A DNA stretch of 64,000 nucleotides from Phyllosticta citribraziliensis (Eukaryota): assembly GCF_038025025.1 (NCBI RefSeq), contig NW_027117339.1, positions 1,116,001 through 1,180,000 on the forward strand. Reading direction: 5' to 3'. The notes beneath the pieces were generated by a model. The model saw only the letters and a list, made by a program, of their open reading frames with translations. It had not been told where the DNA came from and did no database searches. A program made the position numbers and the translations under genes. Positions 1 through 12,567 of the stretch are shown piece after piece (the first letter of the stretch is position 1; each line of letters begins with the position of its first letter).

Positions 1-2006
1 GGAGCCTTGTTGTCGCTGTTGGAGAGCGAGATTGGCCGCCGCTGCTTGGATCTTGGCGTGTTGGTCCGGTCCAATACTCGTCTTGCTCATGGGCGTCTCG
101 TTTTGCTTGCGGTCATAGGGCTCCTTTGCAGGTTTCTTGCCAGTTGACTTTCTGCGACGGCGCCTGCCAAAGCTGAACTTGCTCTTCTTCTCCACGACGT
201 AGGCGCCCTCTTCAGGACCAGGGGTGGCGCCCTTGATTTGCTCCTCCACGACGAGCCATCTTCCTCCCGCAAGCTTGGTCTCCACAAGCGCACATCGGCC
301 AAACACAGCCTTGCGCTCGTTGGGCTCTTCTGGTGCCAAGCTCGTGATCCACACCCAGAAAAAAGTCTCATCCAGGTCAAACTTGTTGATGCTTGCGACC
401 TCGCCGGGTTCGAGGTTCTCGGCGGTCTCGCCGTGCCTCAGGTGTGACTGGGAGCTCTGCACCCGTGTCACCTCGCCGATTGGAGGCAGTTGCTTGTCGG
501 GGGGAAGTAGCATTGGTGGCCGTGGGGCCGCGGCTTTATCGTCAGTAAAACCAGAGGACAGAAAGTCTGCCCACGAAGGTGTTGTAGGCCTACCGAGCTC
601 ATTTGCCATTGAGCGTGGAGTGGTCCTCAGACCACCATTGCTCGAGTTTGTGGAGCCTCCAGTGCCACTTCCAACGGACGTGTCGTCCAAAAAGCCGAAG
701 CCAAGATCTTCGAATTTGGACCACGATGGATCGGATGAGCCGTTGACTTCGACGGTCGCGCCATTAGCAGTGGAAATGGCTTTCAAAACGCGGCGGCACT
801 CGTCAGACAATGTCTGGACAGGGTCGTCGTAGTACGCAAACTCGCGGAGCACCCTATCGGACTCGCGATATTCAAAGTTCTTGGCTCTCCGGAGTAGCGC
901 AAATGGCGTAGGTGATACCGAATCAACAATAAGAACCACCTTGGTGGTCGACGTCAGCATTAAGGTTGGAGGTTCGGGAGGGTATTCGGTCTGATTCAGC
1001 AAGGCCTGAAGGGAGCGGGGTAGGTTGGAGATGCCGGTGATGATTTTGTCCTCTGGCGCAAGAGAGCGCAAGTAGGCAAAGAAGAGATGACTGGTTGCGT
1101 CTGCGGCCTGCGCCCAAGTCTTGTAACCGCCCTCGAATCCTTTGCCCAAATCGGCGTGTTCAAACGCCCACCAGCCGGCCATTCGAGAGAGCTTTCTGCC
1201 ACCAAGCCCATTGGTTTTGCCACGAGCGGCGACAGCGGCCAGTAAATCGAAAAAATCCATGATGATTTGTCGGCGCGCCTCTGACTCGACGCTCAAGGGA
1301 ATGAAGGTGTCAAAGGAGTGCTTGGCCATGCCAGAATCTGTAATTGTTAGGTTCCGATCCGCCAACCTTCCGAGATGAAAGCATACCTTGCTCTCCGACG
1401 CGGAATAATTCATAGGCGTCCCAAGTTACGACGCCTCCAGGAAGTCTGCTCCAGCACCATTTCATAATGCTGCAGAGTACCTAACATGAGGGTCAGCGCG
1501 GCTGTATCGCACAAGCAATCAAAAAGTCGCGCTGCTGGAGGTTTCGAGCAAAGCGGAGCCTTGCAGATTCGGCGACTCAGTTGCGGGAGGATTTCTTACC
1601 ATTGGCTCAGTCAAGCGCAATTCATTCCGAAGCCCGTCGCCGAAGCACATTGATCCTCCTTGGTCCATGTCTTTGAAGAAGTTTGTGATCAAATGGCGGG
1701 CAGACGTCGAGTCTGCACCAGGCCTGAATGGCAGGAGAAGGAACGGCGTGTCGAGCGCTGCTCAGGTATTAGATGGTGACGGGAGAATGGCGGTGGGGAG
1801 GCAAACTCACCTCTCGACTTGAGCTCCTGCGTACAAACATGAATGAGCTCCTGGACTTGGTCTGGAGAGACTTGCTTCCAGGACCAAGACTCTTGCCAGC
1901 GCGGCTTTGGCGGGGCGTTTGCAGTGCCATCAGAAAAGTCCCCATATTTGCCGCCCTTAGCCTTGGCTCCGTCTTTGGGCTTGAAGACCTTGGAGAAGAA
2001 GGGCAT
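1..2006 (-). CDS. MSB1: Msb1/Mug8-like (DUF1708) morphogenesis-related protein, 5' part; continues beyond the left window edge
   Basis: ATG at 2006 (MPFFSKVFKPKD...QELIHVCTQELKSR|ALDTPFLLLPFRP). GT-AG introns at about 1810-1758, 1599-1481 and 1386-1338. The frame appears to continue to the window edge. Confidence 0.75.
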
Positions 2007-2331
2007 GGTGGAGCGAGCGCGGGACGTCGTCAGGGCCGAGACGGGCGCATGGGTTGGGTGAGGACCGGTGATGGACGGTGTGGATTGTTTACGGCGAGGT
2101 GAGGTGTGGTGTGGGAGGTGGATGGACAGCGCAAGGGGCGCGACGCTCGGATACAACAGCGGGCTGGACTAGTTTTGTCGCGGCGGAGAAGAGGACATTG
2201 GAGTTGAAGCGGGAGTGGATTCGCGTGGTGAAGCGCGCGACAAGCGACAGGGGGCGCGTCAAGGTGCAGGAGGTGAGCCCGACGGGGCGAGGATATGACG
2301 CGGGTTTCGAGCTCGAGCAGCAATTCCAAAC

Positions 2332-2611
2332 AAAAAAAAAAAAAAAAAAAAAATCCGGCCGAAGGCGAGCAAGAGGTTGGAGGGAGCGACTTGGGGCGAG
2401 TTGGGTGTGGATGGCGGAGACGGAGACGGAGGCGGAGATGGGCGTTGTATGGCGTGGGCGTGGGCTTTAATTTTAAGGAGACGTGACCATCAGTGATCCA
2501 TCTTCCCCGTTGACCTGGCCGACGGCAGCGCAGGGCACAGGCACAGGCGCAGGCGCAGGCGCAGGCCGCGGCTTCATTCATTCGCCCAGCTCCAGCTCCA
2601 GCTCCAGCTCC
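2332..2611. repeat. Cluster of simple repeats: A22 tract, GGAGAC-type, (GGCRCA)5 and (CCAGCT)4 hexamers
   Basis: Read directly at 2332-2353, about 2412-2438, 2534-2563 and 2586-2611, upstream of MSB1. Confidence 0.85.
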
Positions 2612-3497
2612 CCACGCTGAGGTCTGCCCTGCGATGCCAACACACCACCACCTGGGAGCCCTCTCCCTCCGCCGCACCCGCTCTGAGACAAGACCATGCC
2701 CTACCCCCCGGCCAGCCCAGCGTCCGCTCAACCACAGCTCCTGGCCTTGCCACTCGGCCAACCGCACTGCACCGCAACCACCACGGGCCCACCACCGCAC
2801 TACTGGCGAGCAGAGTTGCGGGAGCTGCCGCATCCACTTTCCTGTCTGTCGCATTCGGAATCTCCCCGACGCCGTTGCATTACTGCCGACATGTGTGCTG
2901 TCACTCGCAGCCCTGCAGGAACGAAGGAATCCCACACAGACAGACAGTCACTACACCACAATTCCTCGTCGCAAGGGACGCGCTAGGTGACCAGCGACTC
3001 GGTCAAAACGGCCGCCTGCATATAGCCCGCCGCGACGAGGATCAACCCTTCTGCTCTCCTCGCAAGTCCTGGATCGGATGACCGGCTGCCGCTTGCCGCC
3101 AACGTCAAGGAAGCTGCGCGAGCCTTGACTCGGCTTCATTTCCTGACGTCGCCCATCGCTGCCCCATTATCAATTTTCCTCTTTTGCATGCCCTTGCTTT
3201 TCCTCTTCACTTTGCCCATCCCATCAAACAGGCGCGTGCCCGTTAGCGGCGGCTACAGTCCGACGTCTCGCCATGGATCGATCCAGTCCGCCCGTGCTGA
3301 ACCTGCTAACGCATCTGGTCCAGCCCAAGCCCGTCGCAAATGTCGTCATACTCCTCCTCTAGCCTCGCCGTCGTGGTCGACCAAAGGTACATGTTGTACA
3401 TATCAGCCAACGACCACAACGTCAATCCATCTCTACATTGACAAAGACACGTTTTGCCAACAAGTTCCGAAATACTACGCTCTCACCATCGCCCACA

Positions 3498-4074
3498 ATG
3501 GCCAAAGACACTGAAACAGTCATTCAGTAAATGCCTCGTCATTAGGCTTGACTCCCTTGACTTGCTGACCCATCCCTTAGAGAGTTTAACGAAATCGTCA
3601 ACATGACCCCCAACGAACTGAACGAGTGGCTCGGCACCGAACAGTCGACAGGGTCTGGCTGGAGCAAGGATGATGGGTATGGCCTGCCCTCTACCTTGCA
3701 CGTCTGCTGGGTAACTAACGTTGCTGGATCCAAGCTCGGGGGAAACCGTTGGCCACGAAAGGTAAATACATGAACTCGGTTCCAATGCGCATTCCCACCA
3801 ACCAAGTGGCAGCGGCCGCAAAATCATCGAGATTTTGGAGAAGAATCCTCGCAAGGACCCTGAAAAGTACGACGAGGATGATGTTCAGCACATGAGGAAG
3901 GTCGTGTCATATTGCAAGCGTCACCTTGCCCAAGAGGAGCACGCCAAGAAGAATACAGATAGCAAGTCGTACAGGTGAGTCTAGCGCTCGCTCGCTCGCT
4001 TCATGGAAAATCCGTTGACGCATGGAACAATCAGGAGCTTGAAGAACTGGGGGCACGACGCACAGAAATCGTAG
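3498..4074 (+). CDS. DUF3140-like small protein (5 exons)
   Basis: Exons 3498-3526, 3581-3676, 3735-3761, 3813-3974 and 4035-4074 splice to MAKDTETVIQEFNEIVNMTPNELNEWL...GETVGHESGRKIIEIL...HMRKVVSYCKRHLAQE...SLKNWGHDAQKS. The VNMT/GHESG/SLKNWGHD motifs are typical of DUF3140. Confidence 0.8.
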
Positions 4075-7000
4075 AAGGAATCCGCTAGAAGCACGTCAAA
4101 TCCTGCCTCATTTTCGAAATTCGCATCCCATGTCAAATAACCAACGGCTGCATAAATCCATGGCGCGGTTTCAGAGGAAAGTCCCGGTGCATAGGGCGCA
4201 ACTTGAAATGCCCGCTTCGACTAGTGACTGGTTGCAGACGAACATGGATTGAAAATCTTTCTGGGCACTTGTCTTGACACCGTATAGAAAGCAACCAGAC
4301 CTGCCCTTGCGAGTCCAGCAGGAGTGAACCCAATCTTCTGGCCCAGACCATCTCGCAGCAAGCCGACGACTTCATGAACAGGCGTGCAACAGCTTCAAAG
4401 ACAGTGTTCGGCTATCTCTGTCACTGCAGACCAAGGTCCTAAGTCCAGCTCCCCAGGCTACACTTGCGCTACTCAGTTCCCCTCACGACCGTTGCCCACT
4501 GGACACGCGCATCACGCAACACGACCCGACGAGCCTGAGGTCATCGTCATCTGCGGCCGCCAGGCTTTCTGCCGTTTCCGCCAATCTGGAGCGGATCTCC
4601 AAGCTTCCGTCAGATCGTTCCTCAGATCTGATCTTTGTGGATCCACCACCACGCCGACCCAGGAGACCGGTTTCACTTTTGCCGCCGCACATTAATGCGC
4701 ATAAAGCATGCTTTGTAAATGTCACGCCCATCCGCATCTACGTCGACATCTGTCGCCACAAAACTGCGGCTTTTGCTGTTTTATTGATTGGTCCAATTTC
4801 GAAAGTCGTGCCCATATGGCTCTGTCGGGCTTTGAATGCCATTGCAGCTTCGCCCAACGGTCCAACGTAGGTACCGTGGACTTGCGTACCCGTATTCGCG
4901 CGACTTCCTGACTCGGGTCTTTCGACCAGCCACACCCTAACCAAACACACATGCTTCAATGCCTCTCAGCAGCCTACGCCTCGCCAAGCAGTCGGTCGGT
5001 CAACCAACCTTGCAGCGCTTGTCAAAATCCTCGAACCAGAGGTCTCTATATCATTGCTTATCCATATTACATGCCAGACCAGTCGAGATTCTCATTCGTC
5101 AACATTTTCACGCAATGACCTACTTCCATCACACAAGACTCCTCGGCACCACCCACCCACGCACCATCTATCCAAAACGCCTGCCATCACCTCCCACCAA
5201 CCACTCACGTCCTTTGCCTTGCACTGCGCCTCCCGTGCCCCACCCGCCCGCCTCCGGTACAGGAATGGTAGGTTGACTCCCGCATGTTCCGTCGATCCCT
5301 TACCCTTCCCCCGGTCAGTCACGTTGTTACCGACGGTCGGCAGTGGAAACGTTTGGGCGGGGCAGCGTGTGGACGGGACGGAAGGACGGTCGGACGGGCC
5401 AACGGTAGCTGTTTGCATTTGATTTGCTGTGGGCGGTAGAGGGCAATGGGTGGTATGCGACGCGATGGGAAGAATCTGCGGCCACGGCTTTTATACCCCC
5501 GTTGATACTGAAATTTTCGGAGTCAACTGTGGTTAGGCCGAAACATGCGCGATAAAATCACTCCGGTGTTGCGACTTGACAATTGGCTGCAGATTCTGAA
5601 CTGTGATGACCACAAAATTGGTCAAAAGAAGCCTGATCTACTTTCCTTGGGTCTACACCTATTGGCGGTTGAAAAGTGATGAAACACTATTTAGTTTTTT
5701 TGTTTGAAGTCGTCCTTCTCGTATAACACACTTACACGACATCACCCGAGCCTCAGCCTTGAAGCTGCTCTTATTTTACAACCTTGGCCAAATCACCATT
5801 CCTACAATTCAAACAATGCAGAACAAGAACAAGACATACCTTCTATTTCACGAAGAAAGCTTTGGTCATACTCTCCTTACTCGAGGAATTGCAGTGAACT
5901 GCTACCTTTACGCGGGGAAAAGAAGGAACGAAAATGCCAAATCAAACAATCAAAAACACTGTACCTGCGAAAAAACAAGACTGAGCACACACACGCCCAT
6001 GTCATTTCTTAAAAAGGAACTCCCACTTCATCCTCCTTGACTGTCCAGTCCAGTCGTTGCTTTATGTCCTCCTGCTTCCAGATTCCAACGAGCGTAACTA
6101 AAACTTGTATCCCCCAAAAAACGCCATTGTCGCCGCGCTGCCCGCGAGCACGTCTACGTCGACTGCAAATCATGTAAAATTAGACTGCCAGTCTATCCAT
6201 CTCCCTGCCATCCAACTGCCCGTCTAGTTTTCTTACCTGATTAGTCTTCCCTTCCACATGCGCGCACGCGGCATCCTCGTCTCTGCCTCGCCGTAACCAT
6301 CTCACTGTCCATCTTCCACCCCAAAACATGTCGGACGCGAGCGGTAGACACTGCTGACTATTGGCAGGAAAATGCGCAACCCAGACATGTACATGTATAG
6401 ATGTCGACTGTTCCATCCTACTCAACCCCTCGGTGCTTCATCTACTTCGGCGCCCACTGGCCCATTGTACGTGTCTTCTCTGTACTCATGCCCACGCTCT
6501 TGTCCGCTGGTGCCGCCTCGGCATTCTGAGCCTTCTCCTTGACTGAGCTTGCAATTCGCTCGTCCACTCTCCATCATCGAGCTCCAAGGCGAATGGAGGT
6601 GAATGAGTGGCTGGCCATACGAGCAAGTTGAGTGGGCACCAGGGTGGTGTACGCAAGAAAGATGGCAATCGCCACGATGTTGACGGCACGGAAAAGAAGC
6701 CCGAAGGAAAAAAGGAAAGCGTGAAGGATTCCGTTGAGATCCATGTTTGGAGAGCTCCGCGTCGTGCCTTTCAAAATAAGGTCTATTGGCTCAATTTTGG
6801 TGTTACCCAATCATTTAGATAACTCAAATTAAACAACCGGCTCACGGGCCGAGTGATGAAGTAGGTAGGGCCGGCAAGCATGCTGGAGAGCGTCATACTT
6901 ACAACGCAGAGGAATGACATGGAGCGGCAGAGTCAAACCAGCCTCGCTCTTTACCACCTCTCTGACCGCCGTAGACGAAAATGAGCGCTAGTCAGATTGG

Positions 7001-8910
7001 TTTTTCAAATGAGAAAGTCAGTCAATCCACTCACTACACGTGAGAGTAATGCATGTAAAACCACCTTGAAAAACACAATGATGAGTCTGCCATGGCGATA
7101 TCCTCGCATGTCGTCCCCAAACGAACCAAGAAACGCGCAAGCCGTTGCGCATGCCAGAAGCTTGTTTGACCACGGCATACCGGAAACACAGGACCAGACG
7201 AGTCCCTGGTGGCTTGTTAGGTAGCTTGGGCATGAAGGGCGGCGCCCTGCCGCATTGATGATACTGCGTGCAACAGCAGCAGCGTGGCGCTAAGACATGC
7301 CCTTCGCCACGGGACTGTCTGTCAGGGACAAGGCTGGACCCGGGGGGGCTTGATGAGCTGGTTGGCGCTCTGCGTCGTGATACCTTCCTGGATGACATGG
7401 GCGTCGGGCGTCGCTGAGAAGTGGACAGCCGCTGGATTTACCTCGAGTGAACTCACCAAAAATCGGAAATTGCGGCGAAGTCGGAAACAATTGAGCTAGA
7501 GTCGATGTACCGCAAGACGACTGCTTAGCTTTCGATGCTGCACAACACGTTTACGGATGATTTGTAAGAGAGGTTGACAGCCAACTTGCGAGGTCATCGA
7601 GGCCCAGCGCCAAGAGCTGAACCACGACTGAAAAGGCGACCAAGCACCGCCCGAGCCAAACGGGATGGCTTGCATAAAAGAGAGCAGGCAGAACGCTGCT
7701 TGAGGCGGCGGGCCATGGCAATGGTGTACAAGCGCAATGGGCAAAGCAGAGGCGAGCCGTGTCCTGCCACGCTTGTCAGTTTCTGTGGATGCAGCCAGCC
7801 AGCAAACAAACACGTGCGATAAGCGAGCCAGTGTCATGACGTCCGGAGGGTGGTGTCGTCTGCCCTGCAGCAAGAAAAGCATGGTGGCCAAAAATAGCAG
7901 CTGCGAAACGAAACGCGCAGCGCCAGCCACAGCCGTCAACCGGGAATGGCTCGCTGGAAATCCGGATGCATCGTGGAGAAGGGATCGCCTGCTCCGTCCC
8001 GCTCGCCGGCTAGACCGCACCGCAGCAGGGCGCTAGGCTGGCCCACGACGGCTGCCGCGCTCGTGGAATTTTCTTTTCCCTGCGTGTGACAGCGCCGTTG
8101 GTGGCAGGCATGCGGTCGGCAGCATTCCTTTTTCGTGTGCAGCGCGAGCAGGACAATCCGTTTCATCAATCGTCCGGCGAAACGGGGCTGCCGACGTCAG
8201 GCCTGAGCTCGCGCACTGTTGCACGCTCCACCGCGTTCCTGCAGACTGCTGCATGAAGGTAGGTATATGAGAGCATGGCGACCCTGCGTGGTGTTCGTAT
8301 GGTTCGCCGCGCCGCAGAATGGAGCTGGCAGGATCATTGTGTACAAGCAATCCGGTAAGAGAGACCTGAGGACAAGGAATCGAGTCAGCTCGTTGCGATT
8401 GCGACGAGAAGCAGCCGAGCAGGCAGGGCGACGCAGTTGACAGAGGCTTGGCGACAATAACGTTACACCATTTTGTTCATGGCCGTCTTTGGTCAGGGGT
8501 CGTGGAACGGTCGCGCGATCATCGTCATTTCCATCCTCCGTTTGGGCAAGGACGGCAGCGCTTCAGGTTCCGCACGTCCTGCGAGGCGGGCAGTGGGCGG
8601 AGGACGCAGGGCGGAGGGCGGAGAGGGGGGCTCAGAGGGGGAGAAGGGTGCCCTGGCCGAGCAGCGGTGGCGAACGACCTGAGGGCGCCGTCAGAGAAAG
8701 ACGCAGATGGTGAGCTGGTGGATGAGAGGAGGGTCATGGTGCCGTGGTGAGCTAAGCGGGAGGGCCCGGCAACTGAGGGCAGCGGCAGAGTCTCGGCAGC
8801 GGCCAGCGAGCCTAAACGCTCCTTTTTGGGACGTTTAGCGGCTAATTGGTGTGGTTTGGGGCTAGAGCGGCCAGGAGAGCCAGGCCGCCCGGGCGTGATC
8901 CCTGACGCAC

Positions 8911-8930
8911 TCATGCTATAATTAGCATGA
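8911..8930. promoter_or_regulatory. Palindromic Rlm1/MEF2-type binding site (CTA[A/T]4TAG) upstream of rlmA
   Basis: TCATGCTA-TAAT-TAGCATGA: perfect 8-bp arms around the core CTATAATTAG (8916-8925), about 335 bp upstream of the rlmA ATG. Confidence 0.6.
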
Positions 8931-9259
8931 TGCCCCCATCGCACTTTGCAGCAGAGCCCTCGAGGTTAGACACATCGCGCTCTGCCTGCCGCTGTTCAAG
9001 AGCCGCATTGCATCCCACCGTTCCCTCTCGCCGCAGCTCACCCCGATTAATTTCTCGACCCAAGTGCGCCGTCCGTCCCTGCGCTCGTCATCGTCACCCT
9101 CGAACCCTTCAACCGAACAAAGCGCCCGCTGCTCCCTGACCCAAAGCCAAGCGCCTCGCGTTCCGTCGCCGAGTCCCAGCCCGCCATTTCTCAGAAGCAT
9201 TCCACCACCACGCGCTGCCCTGCATCCGATGCTCCCACCCTGAGTCCAGTCGCATCATC

Positions 9260-11182
9260 ATGGGTCGAAGAAAGATTGAAATCAAGGCCATCAAGGACGA
9301 CCGCAACAGATCAGTGTGAGTCTTGCTGCTGCTTGTCCCGAGGGGCTCGTTGTGCGACACTTGTTTCAAAGAACCATCCACGCTGACCCTTCGTTCCGCC
9401 TCGTCCAGCACCTTTTTGAAGCGCAAAGGTGGTCTCTTCAAAAAAGCGCACGAACTCTCCGTCCTCTGCTCCGTCGACGTCGCCGTCATCATTTTTGGCC
9501 ACAATAAGAAGCTCTACGAATTCTCGTCGGGAGACATTACCGAGACCATCGGCAGATACCAATATGTTCGCCAGGTATGGACCTCTATCGTTGTCTACAA
9601 CGTTCATCAGCTAACGGCGCTGCAGTATGGCGGCGCGCACGAACACAAGGGTCCCGAGGACTTTATGGGCAAGCAAGAGGCGGATGAGGAAGACGAGGAT
9701 GTCGAAGACGCGGGACAGCAGCATCCAGGCTCTCATTCACCACCAGAACCTCAAATGTTGATGCCTCCCCATCTTCAAGGCCAGCAGTTCCAACATATTA
9801 GGCATACAACGCCTTCTGGATCGCCTCCAGTGCCAAACGGTGTTCAATTCCACCAGCGACATGTGTCTCCGCAGCCCCCTCAGAATCTCTCTCGTCCCAA
9901 TTCTCGAACCCACATCCGTAGACCAAGCTCGAACCTCGCTCCGCCTCAGCAGTACCCGCCGCCGCAACCTCCTGCTCCCTCGTACAACTACAGACCAAAC
10001 CCTCCGTTTTATCCCCCGCAGCCCATGCCCCAGCAGGCGCCTCCAGGTCCGCCTCCGCAACCACCGCCATCATACGCGCACCCACCGCCGCCCGCACATC
10101 CCCAAGTCCAACAAGTCTACATGCAGGAGCCTCGAAGGCAGTCTATGCCTCCCCAGTTTGCACACCAGCCTCCGCCGCCGCCGCAGCCAATGCCTCACCC
10201 ACAGTCGCATCCGCCGCCCATGACCACACAGCCTCTCGCCCCTCCGCTCTCGCAACCGCTTTCACAACCGGAGCATCAGCAGCGTCAGCAATCCGTCGTG
10301 CCATCGCCACAACCCGACCAACACAATTTCACAAGCCCTCCGTTGCCTCAACCGAAACCACTTCCGGCGGCTGCCAAGAGTTCGAGCATTTTTACGCCAA
10401 TCGAAGACAGCCGGTCCGTGCTTGCTCAGCACTGGGGACCTAGTACCACTCAGACGGAAATCAAAGTAGAGCATCCGCCTAGTTTTGAGCCTCCCCGTCC
10501 TCAGTCCATCGACGTGGCACAGGTTAAGCACAATGGTACCGCTCCTCTTCAGCCGCCTCGCAATGCTGCGCATCATCCTCATCGAACCGTCTCTACCTCA
10601 TCGCTCCCCACAATTCCGCCACCCGCACGCGTTGGAAGCGTCAATTCTGAAGCCAAGCGACCCCGCCTCAAAGTGCAAATCCCGGATGAACACTCCGAGG
10701 CCGAAAACACACAGGGCTCTGGCTCACCCAAGGATGCGAGCACCACGGGCGCGACACCAGCGAGAACGAGTACAGAGGCATCCCACTCGTCGGGTGTCGT
10801 CCTGCCGCCACCTTCTCCAAGCGCAAGCGCACTGCTCAGTGCTGGCGCAACCGGGCCACCGAATCCTTTTGCTCGCCCAGCACCGCCCATGAATCACAGC
10901 AGCACCAACCATCCCGGTGGTTCGTTGAATGACAAGACAGAAACTCCTATTTCGGCTCTGCCGAGCAGATATCTCGGAGATTTACTCCCGTCTCCTTCCA
11001 GTTTCTATCCCAACTGGGACTACAACAGCAACTCTACGAATATGCTGCCGAGTCCCCTGACCTTTCAAACGCCCGTCGTACAAAACGGACCGAGTTTCCG
11101 GGATGATCCGGATGACAACAGAAAGCGGAAAACATCAGAAGACGGCTCAGATGGGGGCCAGAGCAAAAAGACAAAGACTTGA
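9260..11182 (+). CDS. rlmA: MEF2-type MADS-box transcription factor (RlmA/Rlm1)
   Basis: [52 protein letters not shown] box. Introns 9316-9408 and 9566-9625. Pro/Gln-rich middle, RPRLKVQIP motif and [11 protein letters not shown]-terminal motif. Confidence 0.93.
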
Positions 11183-12567
11183 TGAACTCCTTTCGTCTTT
11201 CCATCAGTTTCAGCGAGCCATCACACACATTCTTGCAGATCTTTCCTTCTTGACGCTGTATCACGGACACCAATGATTGATCAGATGCTCGTTCGGTGTT
11301 TTAGACTGGGTGTATGGAGAGCGGCTGATTTGCTCTTTTGCGCACCTTGTCTCATTGTCTTGCGGAAGCTCCTTCTCCACATACCCTGTTGCTCATAGTC
11401 ATTTAAGCTCTCTCCCTACATTGCCTTGTCTTGTCTGTTATTATCATATTTGCGGTTTTGCGGTCTGGTTGATCTCTGAGGATACCCAAGGGTCACGACA
11501 CTCTCTATGCTCATGTCTGGTCCGACGCAGCTAATGTAGCGCATTCTTTCCGGAGCTCGATATAGCCTCGTTCATTCATGACGGAAACCGGAGCCGTTAC
11601 TGGGCGGATAGGGTCAAGGGCGGGGAGTCGTGGATTGTTACGTCGGTTTTGACTGTTTGGAGATTCGATTCGAGTATATATTTGACTACGTTGACGCGGG
11701 TTGAAAAAGAGCTGTACATAATATCTACTACAATAACCTTTGAAAGCGCAAGAGCAAATAATTGAAGAGCGGGGGTTTCTGGAGAACCGCGCCATGGATC
11801 GGATGGTACCCACCAGCACTGCTGCTCCAAATCTCGGTGCTTCCCTTGGACTGGATACGCCAGGGTGTCGCTGCAGGGGCGCGCGTACTCCAAGGAACCC
11901 CTTCCTTGGTGCGGCGAAGCTTAGTCAAGAGTTGAAGGTTCGACAGTGTTCACATGGTCAGAAGAGCCTAGGCACGGTAGTTGGTCGTCCAAATCCGCTC
12001 CCTGGGATTCAGCGGCCGTGACATCATTTGCAAGTCAAGTATCCACCTCTCGTCAGGTTGGTACCGGCCATACGCGAGGGGCTGTGCTTTCGATATAGCT
12101 ATAGACACCGTGCGCCTGTATGGACGTTGATCGTACTCGGTTTGCAGTTCAGGGAACGACGACGAGAAAGCCAAGAAAGACGTCGAACAACATTCTTAAC
12201 GGCGAAGACTGGCCAAGTAAAAACGTGCCCAACCATTCGCGTCCCTCGCCCGACCCCACCCACGCCTCAACATCGCCGCCACGACCTCCTCACGGTATCC
12301 CTGACATCCACCTGTCAAGTCCCAAAAGGATCGCCTGCCGCCGTTTACCTTCCTTCGCTGCTGTCGCGACCAAGCAACTACACCTGCGCCCTCGACCGTA
12401 CCATCAACTCCTCTCGAGAGCGCCAAAGAGCTCGCCATTCAGCCTTACGGAGGCTGTGAATAAGCGACCCGTTCGCTGCTACTGAGAGTGCTACAAAAAC
12501 CGCCTGTTGCCTGACTCCGTCACCTTTCTCTGCTGCCTTCTTCGCTACAGGAGCAGCTCTCACCAAT

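Noticed and set aside
224..832. 202-aa + strand ORF
   Set aside because: Antisense shadow of the MSB1-like coding exon.
2030..2935. 301-aa - strand ORF
   Set aside because: Built from microsatellites and a homopolymer (ACACAC, GAGAGA, FFFFFFF); no protein-like features.
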